From Phoronis australis (Eukaryota; Animalia; Phoronida): a DNA stretch of 64,000 nucleotides. The notes beneath the pieces were generated by a model. That model searched no databases and was not told the origin of the DNA. It was given only the letters and a program-made list of their open reading frames with translations. Made by a program: the position numbers and the translations under genes. Shown here in pieces: positions 11,148 through 24,955 of this stretch (position 1 is the first letter of the stretch; each line of letters opens with the position of its first letter). The stretch lies in contig NMRA01000263.1 in NCBI GenBank assembly GCA_002633005.1, forward strand, positions 424,143 to 488,142. Direction: 5' to 3'.

Positions 11148-12383
11148 TAACCGGGACTTTAGATTCTTTCAGAACGGATTAGTCTTATTCCGACTGGCAC
11201 TGCTTGTTAGTGCACTCCACAATCTCACATTATATGCTGACAAAACATTTAGTCCATTTTGGACAGTTCTAAATACCTTAATGCACAATTGATCCTTGGG
11301 TCTAGGATTATAATGCGAGGAATTTGTACAAACAGATCTCACATAAAAAGCTTTGAAAGATAATGCAAAGGCTTTACTTCTACTAGTGGCATGTTTTCGA
11401 GCATCTTCCAGAAATGCAATATTTGCCTTCCTAAATATACAATTATATCCCGAGCACCAATCACGGAAAACAAAGTAAGCCTCCTGTATTGGAGACTGAC
11501 CAGTTTCCTGGTGCTAGTATCACCACAAAAGTCTCATACTATGATACGTCCAACGTACACTTAGACAGGATTCTCTTGTCCGTCAAGCTATAAACAGTCT
11601 CTGTGCGTGTACTCATTCTGGTCATTACAAGTCACTCTTTTGCTACAATGTCAATGTTTCTGCCCCCTCTGCCCCAAGTGAACACAACTTTTGAGGGCTC
11701 TTATGGTCGCCATGTGTTCCGGACCCCATCCTTGGGTCACCAGGGACCTCCATTTCATGCGAGGGCCTAAGCTGCAGCGTTTTAGCTAATAACTTAATGA
11801 ATAATGCCACACTGAGCTCAGCCGTATTACCCAAGCTCAGAACGAGAAACGTATTAATACCGTTGATGCGCGAATTTAATCCCATGCTCCTTTATGTGAA
11901 TCTGAAACTAGTCCATGCAGTAATATTCTATAATATGCGATATACTTTTGAAAAATCTACCGAAGACCAATTTGTTCAAATATTATGCACGTGTCGCATT
12001 GATTTATTTGTTACAAAACTATCCTGTACTTGAATCATTTGAGCAAAACTTTTCTCAAATGCACTACTTTGGATGGCGTAATGATGCTGTAAATTCAAAC
12101 GATTCTTTGTCAAGCTCGTAAACGAAAAACACAGCTGCTATACTTTTAATCAGTTCCATACTCACACATGACATGGTTACCTCATTGTGCAGACAAGTTG
12201 TAGTTTTCTAAATTTCTACACGTAAAACGATTGTCCAAAATACAGTACATGTGTTCCTGGATACGTCTGGCCCAAATGTCAAAACAAGTGTATTTTCCAT
12301 TTCCCTCGTAATAAGTGGTCCTTGAGGTTTACTTTCGTTTTTAAAAACGTATTTTCCTTAAAATTTCCGGGTACCATTTTCAG

Positions 12384-13531
12384 AGCAGGACTTCATTACC
12401 AAAGTTCGTGGCGTCACCGCAGCTGTTTTAGAAGCGAAAGGCATTAGACAGTGCTACATGATTCTTAAAGCCGTTGTTCAACGTGAAGACTGTCAGATGG
12501 ATGACGCGATGGAAAAGGAATTAATGCTTTTTGAAAAGGAAGAACTTTCGTATAAAAAGCTGATACCAGCCATGGAGAAAATTGTGAAAGAACAAGGTGC
12601 TTTCATAAGTGTTCCAGCTCCATCTCTCATCAAAAGCGAAACCCATGGAGTTAAATTCCTTCTACTCGAAGACCTTTCCTCGCAAGGATTTTTTGTTAAA
12701 AAATTCGGCGACAAATTCGATTACGATCACTGCAAACTGGCTGTCGAAGGAATGGCCACGCTGCACGCGCTATCTTTCATGTTAGGTCAGGGCTCGGTTG
12801 AAAACCTTAGACCTGATTTTGAAGCCTTGTTCGTGGAGAGATTTGCTCCTGGCCCCTTCATAAGAATATTTGAAAAAGCTGCCAGATTCAACTTAGATGT
12901 ATGCCTCAGTATTGTACGACGTAATACCAGCGACAAAGAGATGATTAAGGAAATTGAGAAACTTCAATCGATGGAGGTATCTGGAATATATGAGAAGGCC
13001 TTTGCACCAGATCCCACATTCAACGTAGTGTGTCATCGGGATTTCAAACCTGGAAATTTGCTGTTTAAGTATGCCAACTCAGAGGAAATAAAAAAAGTTG
13101 TAACCGACTTCAAATTCATCGACTTGCAGCTTACAACAGTCGGATCACCTGCAGTTGATCTGGTTATGATGTTATACACGAGCACAACTGAGACTTTTCG
13201 GAGACAACACTTGGATAAAATTCTCCGAGACTATTACTCCAAATTCGTCAATGTTCTAAACATGTTGAACGTGCCAGTTCCTGATTGTTTCACTTACAAG
13301 CATCTCGTCCAACACTTCCGGAAACGGGCTGGAATGGGTTTTGTTTTTTCATGTCTTGTCTACGTAATATTGTCAGAGGCGATTACACGTAACTGTTTAC
13401 AGGCGGCTGAGTGTTATGACATGGAGGCCTTTGATGAAATTTGTGAAGATATCATAAAAGCTGGGGACGATGACGATATTGTGGATACCTTTTGTGCGGC
13501 TGTCAAAGAGCGTTATTTTGACCATCTTTAA
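12384..13531 (+). CDS. EcKL paralog 1, exon 2 (spliced product 424 aa)
   Basis: Acceptor TTTTCAG at 12377-12383 joins exon 1 in frame. Motifs ILKA, FEKE..SY, LLEDL..GF, LHALS, CHRDFKPGNLLF, IDLQ, GSPAVDL, LRDYY are typical of the EcKL family (PF02958 / DUF227). Confidence 0.92.
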
Positions 13532-15657
13532 AGCCCTTTAAGTTTAATCTAGAAAACTGTGCATAACATTGTTTTGGTGCAAGGTGTTCGCCCTTCCGAA
13601 AACCACCCACCTTGGATAGACGAATTTGTGAAAAGCAATCTGAAACAAATTCACCTTCCAAGCTTGGGTGAAGCAGCTTCCTTTGGCGTAAACGTTTTAC
13701 GTGGTCCATCTCAGTAGAATTAATAATGCAACAGTTCAGAGTAAGAGCTCGATGAAAAAGGATTAACCTGTCAATAGAGGGCGTACCAAAAGTAATAACA
13801 GTCTGGTTTAACTGCGTGCACATCGAACTCGAGGTCACAGATTCTCAGGAAAGTGGCTTGTAACTATTGATATTTCTCTATTACACTAATTTTAGAAAAT
13901 TGTAAATACCTGCTGAGGTGTAATTTCTGTTGACATTGAAAAGTACGCACATCGAAAGTAGGGTTGGCCCACTCTCACATCTGAATTGTAATTGTTAAGA
14001 TGGCAGGTTTAGTGACTGGGAAAACCCCGCTTTCTTAATAAGCGGTGGAAACGCTCACGTTGTGTTATTATGCAAGTGTGTAACATGCGTTCTGCAAATA
14101 AGCAGAAAGCCTGGATGGCATATCCTCCTGCGCGCGAGAAATAACAGCCTTGTCGTGATGGTTGGAATGCAAGTTCTCTAAAAAACAACGCACATTGTTT
14201 GTTCGTCGACACCAGATCTGTAAAAAATCATTTGCAAAAAAACATCCAAGTTATTGGCCTAGAATAACTAAGCGTTCAAACACCAAGTGCAATTTGAAAC
14301 CATTAATATAATACCGGCAGAGGAATTCACAGAGAAGTCAATGCGCTGAGAACGCGACATGTTGATTTAAATGTGATGCCGAGTGACTTAATGCGTGGCT
14401 GCTGGGTATGGACATCATGAGTGAAATTGTTTTGAACACAAAATATGTTTTAACCGAAGCAGTTATAATAAAAGTGATGATTGATATCGCTCCTACCTTT
14501 GATTATTTCTTTCCCTTAACAAATTAGGTGCCTTGTATGTATTCAGAGGGTAGAAATGGTGAAAATCACTTACTAAGTTAGGTGTAACTATATTTCGAAG
14601 TTCATGAAAATTGCATTGTACAAGGTAAAGTCTTTGTAATGTTCGGAAATGACACAAGAAGAATTCAAATATCGTTTCAAAGTCATTTTCGTCTGTATTC
14701 ATTAACACATTTCTGTAGCATGCGCATTTATAGACAGTCGTGACAGCCTGTAGATTTTAAGTTTCACAATTAGTAGACATTTAAGCATTCTTCAGTAAAA
14801 TCTCAGGAATGTGTCTTTCGGTCGGTTAAATCAAGTACAGTTACGTCACCAGTACTCGTACGTGCGCCGTGTTGGAGGGCAACCAATTGCTTTGGTCAAT
14901 GACAACAACCCGAGTTATCGTGAGTTGTTAGCTGCTGGTGATCGCCATGCGTAAGACCACTATTGACATTTTTTGGAGGCATAGACCGCTATAAAACACC
15001 GGCACCGAAACACGTAAAATAGAGAGGAGGGAACAAAAAGACGGGACAACATATTGGATAAGTGATTTTGCAGAGCTCAACGTCCACATTTAAAAAATGT
15101 CTCACATGCGTGATAATAAAAATATGTAACACAAAGTACAAATTTATAGTAGTGTCTCGCCGGTGACAACCCTTCTATTCACTCAGAAAAACAACCAAGA
15201 ACTTGTTGCGCCCGTAAGCACTGCTCGATACTGCCCTAATTAGCCGAAATTGGGTTGTGTTACCCGAATATTCACGCTTCAAGTTTTGATCATCAGCGTA
15301 CGTCACGGTGCTACCAAAAATTCATAATGAAAATTGAGATTTAAGGTGACTATTGCGAAATACAGAAGCTTATTTAAGGTGAAGGGGTAGTTTGAGAGTA
15401 CTTACCATTAATAACTGCTTACCCTTGATATACAGAAGCGTCTTATCCGAAACATAAGCAATATCATTTGTGCATCGCTCTGGGGCCCAATGAAAATCTT
15501 GGACCGCGAAAAAATACAGTTTGTTTTGTATTCTTCGTTTTACTTCATGTATGTCTATACTTAGTATATTGTACATTTACAAAATGGGACTATCAATGAG
15601 TGAGACAAATTTCTTGAAATTATTAGCGGTGGACAGAGCTATAAAACAACAAAATCT

Positions 15658-15815
15658 CAGTGGCGGATTTAGAGGGGGACCAAGGGGGCCATGGCCCCCT
15701 AAAACTCTCCTAGATTCCTTTTGGCAATTGGGGGGTGCGGATGTTGTGACGAGCAAAATCCTGGCTAATACTATGCCCTGGACCCCCCTAACTAAAAATC
15801 CTGGATCCGCCCCTG
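15658..15815. mobile_element. hAT-like MITE
   Basis: TIR CAGTGGCGGAT / ATCCGCCCCTG with G/C-run interior. Flanks AATCT / GATCT. A related left end is at 21842. Confidence 0.65.
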
Positions 15816-17429
15816 GATCTGTTGTGTTTTTGTGATATTATTATAAATCAACAATTCTCTCCGATATCTGACAGGCATTTGTTGAAATCATGGCCGTTGA
15901 TTTTACCAGCTTTAACTAACGCTAAAATACTCGGTCTAAGGCGATGGTTCGGGCCTTTGTAGGTCCCCGACAAAATGGGTCACGTTTGATGCAGTTTAGT
16001 GGAGTAAGGGGAGGGATTGCCAGGAATGGTATTCAGTAGTTCCATGAAGCTCTCTTGAGTTAATCAGTCCAGAATTTTGGTCTCTGCTCCTTTCTACCCG
16101 CGTATAGAAGTCCCGCCATTTTCAGAGCACATCCGCGTTCACTGTTGAATTTCTATAGCGCGAATCCAGGTACATTTCACACACGTGGAAATTGTCAAAA
16201 GTCTGGTTGGTAATGAGATATTTTAACCTAAATTTCTGTAATCTAAATTGCAAGAGCATTCGGGTTCTTGTCTCCGCTCTTATTCCGGGACAAACGTGAT
16301 TTTGCGAATTCCGGTGAAAAAGGATAAAATCGCAATTTTTGTCATTTTTGGCATCTCAATTTTCCGGTGAACATAACGAGGTGAAAAGGATGGGTTTGTT
16401 GTGTGTCTTTATATTAAGAGAAACCCATCGACTTGTGCCTCTTTCAGGTGCCTTGAAACAGGGTGCAAACAAGGGCGTTTATTGACCCAGACCAGTGATA
16501 ACGTCCAAGTGACCCACCCGGATTCAGGTCTTTTTGTTCTATGGAGTGGTTTTTAGTTTCCCCCGCAGAGCGTGAGGCTGCGACCACAACGGTTGTAGAT
16601 TCATTTCTGCGCTGAGTTTGGTCTCAGAATCATTATTATTTACTCGCCGAAAATACCTTATAAAAACGAAATTTGCCAGGTTGCAAAGTTTTTCATAGCA
16701 TGTGTGGCACCACTCGTGCACAGTGTTTATCGTTACATACAACTAGTCCACGTGCTTTGAAACCTAATCTGTCACTTTGACAATGGTATCTTATTAAAAC
16801 GTATATTCAGGTTTCAACATTAATACTTCAGAACAAACAACCCTAATTTATCTTTCACAAATTTTTACTAGAATTCACTGTATAGTTTGCGTGAGGGGAA
16901 AGTTAGTCTCTCTCTTAATCTTCTGAAAAAAGTTAAAATGGTCAGATTAAATGACCGTTTAGAAAATGCAATTTGTCGGTCGTTAAACGTCTCAAAATGT
17001 GATTTATGAAATGAAATTGTAGGAATTGTTTCACTTAAATGTTTGCAAAATGAATCGTGAAACGCAAGCCTACGGGCACAATTATGCCACAATGTTCGTT
17101 TATGTCTATGAGGTGTAGCTGGGGCAATTGTCTTGATTTGATTCTGTTCGTGAGGTAGGACAGTACCAGAATAGTTCATTAAAATGTTATTGTAAAGGTA
17201 TTAAGCCCATATTCACATCGGTTTTGTACACCAAATCTGTTGACTTGACTCAGACACCTTTTTATGACAAGCAAATATTGAGATAACGAAAGATTAGAAA
17301 GTTCAACGCCCAGCAGTGCCTGGCACGGAAAAGACTAAGTCACGATATTCATTGTTGCAGTTCAGAGCCGAGCGTGACATTTTTGCATTTGTTTTCGACC
17401 TGTATTTATACTCTTTTAATACTTTTCAA

Positions 17430-17556
17430 ATGGCTGTGCCAAAGGAAGATTGCAAATTTGTCACAAACGAGTTCCTTACAGATATTTTGAGGCGTTACGA
17501 ATCGAACGATGAACTCCGGGTCATCGACTTTGCCCTTCGACGTTTGCGACCAGTCG
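17430..17556 (+). CDS. EcKL paralog 2, exon 1
   Basis: ATG at 17430 MAVPKEDCKFVTNEF..., 127 nt, donor G|GTAAGT. Confidence 0.85.
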
Positions 17557-19145
17557 GTAAGTTCTCTAAATCGATTTCATCTTTGACTTTGAGACACGTA
17601 GTGTAGAAAAAATGTTACTAATGATGTCCACTCCTGTTTTCCGAATAATAATAACAAATTATCAACAGGAGACGAAGCCTTGTTACGGGTTATACAAACG
17701 AGATACATCTCATTAGATAAGACTACAGAAATGACTCGCTTTGATTTATAGTAATATTCTCATTTGGTGCCGATCGCCTCACATGGTTTCGTAACTGCAC
17801 GAGGGTAACGACACATTCGAATAACGAGAATCAGAAAATCAGGGAATCCTAAAGAAGTTGTAATACCTGCCGGCACATACCGTAAGATTAAGGATCTTAA
17901 AAATCTTTTGACAGAGGTTTGAGATCGGATGTCCTTTTCTGGTGGTGCGCTTTTAAGTAACAGCAGAAGTGGGTTTGTTAAATCCGGGATTCTCAGTCTG
18001 TGCTGATCGCTAGAAAAATTCACGAGTACATGGGCAGATTAAGTTTTCCAGGCGAGTCTCTACGCAGCCCACAGGTGCTAACAAAAACTTGCCTTCGGTG
18101 AGGAATTTTTAAGACTCATAGGGACATTTTCCTTCGAAAATTCTGCTTGGACCCCCAGCGACATCCCAGTTCCGCTAGTGCACACGTGTTTCAGCGGAGG
18201 CTTTTTGAAATATTTAAAGAAAAAATCATATAGCACTAATAACATGCGACCAGACCTTGGCTACAAAAACTCATTGAACGCACAGTAATTTCTGTTAACT
18301 CAGCCAATGCCGTATCAAGTTTTCTCAGAGGCCCCAAGTTATAAAATATCTGAGAGTCCTCATTGTTGGTCTTCTCCCTTTCGCCACAATTTTTGAGCTG
18401 CCATCCCCAAACCTTGGTCGCTGATGGCCCCTGTTGATACGAGAAGGGACCCAATTTTCACCCTAAATGGTCACCGCTACTTTCCAGCTGCCCCCTCCCA
18501 TTGCTGCTACGAGATATGGGAACCCTGTACTTCGTGCAAGGGTCTAACTGTAGCATTTTTATTTTATCAATGGAAAATCCGGCTGTGAACTCAACCGTAC
18601 CACCCCAGTTCAGAACGAGCTTGTGGAGAAACGTACCTGTATTGTTGATGCGCCCATGTTTTTTATGTGAAGCTGCGCTTCTATCTGGAAGTAAGAACAT
18701 GTAGTACCGGTAATATGTGAAACACTTGGGTAAAAATTACCGAGGACCAAGATGTTCAAGTACTATGCAAGTGAGCATTAACTTGTCTGTTGCAAACTAA
18801 CCCTATAAATGAAAATTTTGAGCAAAATTTTCTTGAAAATGCACTATTTTGGATAGAGAAGCGTATGCCGTAGTGGTGCTGTATCAAGATACAAGCGTAA
18901 ACAACCAGCAAAGCTGTGCTTTGAATCAGTATTGGATTCAATTATTAGTCTAATGTCCAGACAAGTTGCTTTTTTCTAAAATTTTGCATTCAATACGCTT
19001 TTATGAAAATATACTACATGCATTTCTAGAAATATCTAGCATGTTTATCAATATTATGTGTTTTTCGTTGTAATAAGGAGGTTTTTACTCTTCACTTTTG
19101 TCTTTACTAAATCGTGTTTTCCATAAATTCCCTTGTCGTTTTTAG

Positions 19146-20293
19146 AGGAAGAGTTCATTACGAAAGTTCGCGGCGTCACCGCAACTGTATTAGAAGCAGG
19201 TGGCAACAGACAGTACTCCATGATTCTCAAAGCTGTTATTCAAAGTGGCGACTGTCACATGGATGACGCAAAGGAAAAGGAATTGATGCTTTTTGAAAAG
19301 GAAGAACTTTCGTACAAAAAGCTGATACCAGCCATGGAGAAAAAGATAAAAGAGCATGGTTTTTGTATAAGTGTTCCAGCTCCTTCCCTTATCAAAAGCG
19401 AAAACCATGGAATTAAATTCCTTGTCCTCGAAGACCTGTCCTTGCAAGGATTCTTTGTTAAAAAGCTCGACGACAAATTCGATTACGATCACTGCAAACT
19501 GGCTGTCGAACGAATAGCCACCTTCCACGCGCTATCTTTGGTCTTAGGCCAAGGCTCGGTTGAAAATCTTAAAACTGATTTTGAAGCCTTATTCGTGGAG
19601 AGAGTTGCTCCTGGCCCTCTTATGAAGATTTTTGAAAAGACTGCCAAATTCAACTTAGATGTATGCCTCAACGTTGTACGACGTAATACTACCGACAAAG
19701 AGATAGTTAACCAAATTGAGAAACTTCAATCGATGGAGGTATCTGGAATATATGAGAAAGCCGTTGCACCAGATCCCACATTCAACGTAGTGTGTCATCG
19801 GGATTTCAAACCTGGAAATATGCTCTTCAAGTACGCCAACTCAGAGGAAAATAAGAAAGTTGTGACCGACTTCAAATTCATTGACTTACAACTAGCCACC
19901 GTCGGGTCACCAGCAGTTGATTTGGTTATGATGTTATATGCGAGCACAACCGAGGTGTTTCGGAAACAATATCTTGATAAAATTCTCCGAGACTATTACG
20001 ACAAATTTGTGAATGTTCTTAACATGGCGGACGTGCCAGTTCCTGATTGTTTCACGCACGAGATACTCGTCCAACACTTCCGGAAACGGGCTGGAATGGG
20101 TTTTGTTTTTTTATGTCTTGTGTACGTAATGTTTTCAGAAGAGATCTCGCGAAACAGTTTGCAAGCGGCTGAATGTTATGATTTGGAAGCCTTTGATGAA
20201 ATTTCTGAAGATATCATGAAAGCTGGAGGTGATGTCGATATTGTGGATACCTTTTGTTCGGCTATCAAGGAGCATTATTTTGACCACCTTTAA
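19146..20293 (+). CDS. EcKL paralog 2, exon 2 (spliced product 424 aa)
   Basis: Acceptor TTTTTAG ends at 19145. 1148 nt, the same length as in the paralogs. CHRDFKPGNMLF, IDLQ, GSPAVDL. Confidence 0.92.
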
Positions 20294-20779
20294 AGCCCTT
20301 TTGTCTAGTCGTACTGTTTTTGTGACGAAAACTGTACACAACTCTATTTGCTGCGAGGCATTCGCCTTTCTGTTTCCAATCTGAGCAGACAAATCTTGTA
20401 ATATCGGTCTCGATGAAATCCACGTTTGAGGCTCTGCCGAACCAACCTTCCTTCCACACAAACGTTTGCCATTTTCGTGGCCCACTGCAACAGAACAGTC
20501 AAGACACCGTCACCTTGGTCATCTACGAGGTGCCTTATATGGGGCGCTTGCAACGCTGTTCGAGTGTGTAGGATAGGATGGACCAACCTTTTTTCCTCAT
20601 TATAGAAGTTTTGAAGTGATACCCATGTAATGTTCTTACAATGTTTCTCAGCGCATTTATTACTACTCGCTTTAATAATAAACTTCTCTTATTTTAAATT
20701 ATCATTTCTTGAATTTTTCGTGATAGGAATTTGGTATTTTTATGAGTTTTCCCTCGGGTTTCCACCTGTCTCTGAAAAC

Positions 20780-21560
20780 CCGAGAGCATAGAAACTAGAG
20801 TTAGAGTTAAATCAAATTGTTAAGGATGCACAGTTTGATCTACAGCAGTTAAAGCAGAGAGCTATCGAGACAAGGGAGAATAAGAGACTGTGAAGAAGTA
20901 GAGGAAGAAAAGCAAAGTCTTGCAAGTAGACCCCGTGACAGACATTCAGACGCCTTTGGACAAAGTAGTGATTCAAGACTTTGACGGAATTTGAAGTTGA
21001 TGAGTACTTTCAACACTTTCAGAAGGTAGCAGAGATCTTAAATTGACCCCCGACAGTGTTGGTCTATTATGATACAAAGTGTTGTCAAGGAAGAAGACGC
21101 TTCTGACTTTTCGACAGTAAAACATTAAGCTATTCTCAAAGCTTATGAGTTAGCCGTTGAGGCTTATCGCCAAATGTTTAGAAACCTGAGTAAAAGGCTA
21201 AACCAAACCTTTCAGGGGTTGGCTTATGAAAAAGGGGTTAATATTGAGAAGAGCTACGCCTCTCAATTTGTTGATCAATTGATGGCTATTGAACACTTTA
21301 AAAATTGTGTAGGTAACGACTTCAGAACTTTGTAATAGAGATTTTAGTTCTCTGCAAAATGCTGCGATGCTTCAAAACGAGCATGAACTGACCCAAAAGT
21401 CGTGTTTCGTGCAGAACAGTAGACCTAAGCCAAGTTCCAGTCTATCCTGTGTCAGTAAGTGTAAACCATCTGGAAAGCTGATTAGTTCTAGTCAGTCTCC
21501 CGAGAATAAGGATAAACCGGTTGACAACGTAATATCAGCTGGTAACAAAACACTGCAAGA
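20780..21560 (+). mobile_element. Decayed Ty3/gypsy gag relic (SCAN-like capsid region, Gmr1-like)
   Basis: Across stops and frameshifts it reads EVDEYFQHFQKVAEILN*P, WSIMIQSV, SDFSTVK, AILKAYELAVEAYRQMFRN, matching the AILKAYELVPEAYRQKFR gag motif. Confidence 0.7.
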
Positions 21561-22440
21561 AATCGAGTCATCGAACAAATTATCACGTTTCTTCCTGTGA
21601 GAGGGTGGGTGCAGGTGACCGGTGCTAATAATATTCGACACAATGATAGACAGAACACCGATTCGAGTTAAATCACTTTATGAATCTCGACCGTACGTAC
21701 ACAAGTCTACTCACACGAAACGTCTGACGTACGTCACAATGATCAAATTGACCACTTGATGTTCCATACTTATCGCATACACTTTTCTCGTGTAGTACGG
21801 TATGTCGATGTCGATCTTGGAGACAAACGGTCATCTATTGACAGTGGCGGATCTACATTTTCAGTAAAGGTGGGGATTATGATTCCGTTCGGATGATTTT
21901 TAAAAAACAATTTTCAATTTCGTCACATGAACTCGGCTCACAGGTTCCGTAAAACCATACATGTGCACATCTTAGTATGAGTCACGCCACCAACAAAAAA
22001 TTTAGCTGGAACATCTGTGTACACCCACGGTTTTTTAGCATACGAACAGTCGTATACGCATAAGTGTAGTGTGTATACAGGGGTTTAGACAATTGTTAAA
22101 TGATCAAGAGCATAAGAATCGCCTACGGCCACGTAGAAACCCAACACTTGAATGTCAGATGATCACGTGACAGCAGCTTCTAGTTGTTTAAGAACGAAGA
22201 CCGGCAATGTTATGACCGGAATTAAACATATGTTCTGTCTCGTTATGAGAAAATTTGACAAACGATGGTGATCTCACGGCATAGTCTATTATTATTAGCG
22301 ATAATAAACACTTAGTGTCATTTTATTAAGCTGAATCACGTTGACTGTTGGGTTACTGTATGTCACAACAATTAAAAAACGTTAAATGTATCAGGAAACA
22401 AATCACCTGGAAACATTATCACGGAACCAAAACATATTGT

Positions 22441-22870
22441 GCACCGTGGTGAAAAGATATACAAAACCAGTTCGCCGAGGGACCAAATGTTCATTGAGAG
22501 TCAATATCTAAACAAATAAGCTGACCTGGTCCGTCGCGAAACCAAAAGTACACCCATGCTTATTATCCCTACAAAATAGTCTGTCTGTAGCGGGACCAAA
22601 CAGTTGGTACTGACTGAAGTTAATAGTTTTATAAAGCACACTGTTATAAAAAGATATCACAAAACCTGTTCGCCGCAGAACCAGGAGGATACTGAGAGTC
22701 AATATCTACACAAATAAGCTGGCCTTGTCCGTCCAGAGACAAAAAGTTCACTATGCAAAATATTTCTCAAAAATACTCGATCTGTGGCGAGACCAAAAAA
22801 ATACCGATTGCTTAGCAGATAGCTTTACAAAGCACACTGTGGTAAAAAAAATTACAGGACCAGTTCCCTG
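22441..22870. repeat. Degenerate ~196-bp tandem repeat, about 2.2 copies
   Basis: GCAC(A)C.G...AAAA.AT..CA..ACC.GTTC recurs at about 22441, 22636 and 22832. GAGAGTCAATATCTA.ACAAATAAGCTG recurs twice. Confidence 0.7.
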
Positions 22871-22947
22871 GAGACGTTTTTTTTTTTTAATTTTTATTTT
22901 TGATCATATCCCAAGAAGGGGTTTAAACCCCCTGACACCCCCCCCCC

Positions 22948-23536
22948 NNNNNNNNNNNNNNNNNNNNNNNNNNNNNNNNNNNNNNNNNNNNNNNNNNNNN
23001 NNNNNNNNNNNNNNNNNNNNNNNNNNNNNNNNNNNNNNNNNNNNNNNNNNNNNNNNNNNNNNNNNNNNNNNNNNNNNNNNNNNNNNNNNNNNNNNNNNNN
23101 NNNNNNNNNNNNNNNNNNNNNNNNNNNNNNNNNNNNNNNNNNNNNNNNNNNNNNNNNNNNNNNNNNNNNNNNNNNNNNNNNNNNNNNNNNNNNNNNNNNN
23201 NNNNNNNNNNNNNNNNNNNNNNNNNNNNNNNNNNNNNNNNNNNNNNNNNNNNNNNNNNNNNNNNNNNNNNNNNNNNNNNNNNNNNNNNNNNNNNNNNNNN
23301 NNNNNNNNNNNNNNNNNNNNNNNNNNNNNNNNNNNNNNNNNNNNNNNNNNNNNNNNNNNNNNNNNNNNNNNNNNNNNNNNNNNNNNNNNNNNNNNNNNNN
23401 NNNNNNNNNNNNNNNNNNNNNNNNNNNNNNNNNNNNNNNNNNNNNNNNNNNNNNNNNNNNNNNNNNNNNNNNNNNNNNNNNNNNNNNNNNNNNNNNNNNN
23501 NNNNNNNNNNNNNNNNNNNNNNNNNNNNNNNNNNNN
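22948..23536. other. Assembly gap (589 N)
   Basis: Run of N. ORFs 22725..23579 and 22923..23582 are artefacts of it. Confidence 1.
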
Positions 23537-24714
23537 AACAGCCAGTGAATTCTACGGTAGTCTGAAAAAACAAAAATAGCATAAACTTACAATGATATTT
23601 GCTCTAGGCTCCAGATGAAGAAAAAATATCGTTAGAGTTATAGCGGTACATGATAAAAAGGCCGTATAGTTCCGGAGCGTCGCTTATATCAGAAGCTTTA
23701 GCCAATTTACACATGTAACATTACGCAACCTTACGCACTACGAAATAAAATAGTGCATCAACAATCCTATCTAATCATATCATTGGCTGTTATGATTTAC
23801 TCTAAAAAATTTCTAGAATCTTTAGAGTGGGTTGACCCCAGAACCAAAGTGACAAACATCATCTAAAAATAGATGTTGACGTCAAAATACATGTAAACAA
23901 GTTTGACCCCTTGGTTTTAAATAAACGTATGCACAGATTTTGGGCAACTTAAATGGAACTATCTGTACTAATTACTTAATCAATATTTATTCTGACACTA
24001 GGTAACGTCAATAAATAGTATATAACATCTCCCCTTTTTCTTGCATAGATATTTTGTAGCAAGGCGTTTAGGGAGTAGATCTGATCAACGGCAGCTTCTT
24101 CAAATAGTATGTTATTCTAGGCTGGCTAAGGTACCAACTTTTTATTGATAATGTTAAAAAAGATTTTACTTAATATGTTAAGTAACGATATCCATCTACA
24201 ATTATTAAGGTCGCTAGGACTTCCTTTTTATGGAGTGAAACAGTTAATGCCTTGCACCAATTTTCAGGCATATAATGACTTGCTAATATTTCATTAAAAA
24301 GTTACAAAAGCATTGGTCACCAATACATTTCAGATAACAGAACTAAACAAAATTCCCAAAACTTTACTCATTACGGCTAGCGCACTGGGCTCGAACCCCC
24401 ATTCGACGGAACTATCCAAAGCAGTGGTCACAGGTTAACAACGAAGCACGAGATATACAATCCAGCAGACCTAAGTGATTAAGATAAACGTAAAGCATTA
24501 ACTAAGTTACTTAAAATTGGAGTTTTCCGTATCGCCCTGACTAAGCCCTCTATATTGCATCTTTACATAACAACTAATAGTCGAATGTCCAATACAATCT
24601 CCTATTCTGGATCTCAACTTTTAAATTGAACGTTCCGAAGCACAGATGACAGGGCCTCGAGTCACTGTAGAGGTCACTGCTCACGAGGCTTCTCGCTGTA
24701 AAAATGTACCTCTC

Positions 24715-24955
24715 GGAGCTGACGACGGAGCACTGCCGGGAATCGACAGCGACGGTATTTCACCCTTCTTCATGCGTTGTATTGCAGGTACTTTCATCAC
24801 TTCAGTGTACAATGTACATATCTCTTTCGTAATTAGACGCCAAAAATTGCTTTCCACATACTCGGTAATTCTCCACTGCGTTTTACGTTGCGTGGACAGG
24901 TAACACTGCATTCTTCACACGACCGAACTTATCACAACCCAGGCAAAACGATGAC
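24715..24955 (-). mobile_element. Frameshifted THAP-domain relic (DNA-transposon derived)
   Basis: Minus-strand frames give HRF..., YRVCGKQFLASNYERDM, then EVMKVPAIQRMKKGEIPSLSIP, resembling the THAP C..HF...YERD...LK..A.PS pattern. Short possible TIRs AAGCCCT / AGGGCTT at about 24543 and 25042. Confidence 0.55.

Noticed and set aside
12493-12714. Antisense ORFs conserved in all three EcKL copies
   Set aside because: They are shadows of the paralogous sense-strand coding sequence.
19133-19145. TTG starts predicted for the 386-aa ORFs (also 27113)
   Set aside because: These positions are intron polypyrimidine tract and acceptor; the real starts are in exon 1.
22725-23582. Long ORFs of 284 and 219 aa
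   Set aside because: They consist almost entirely of N-gap codons.
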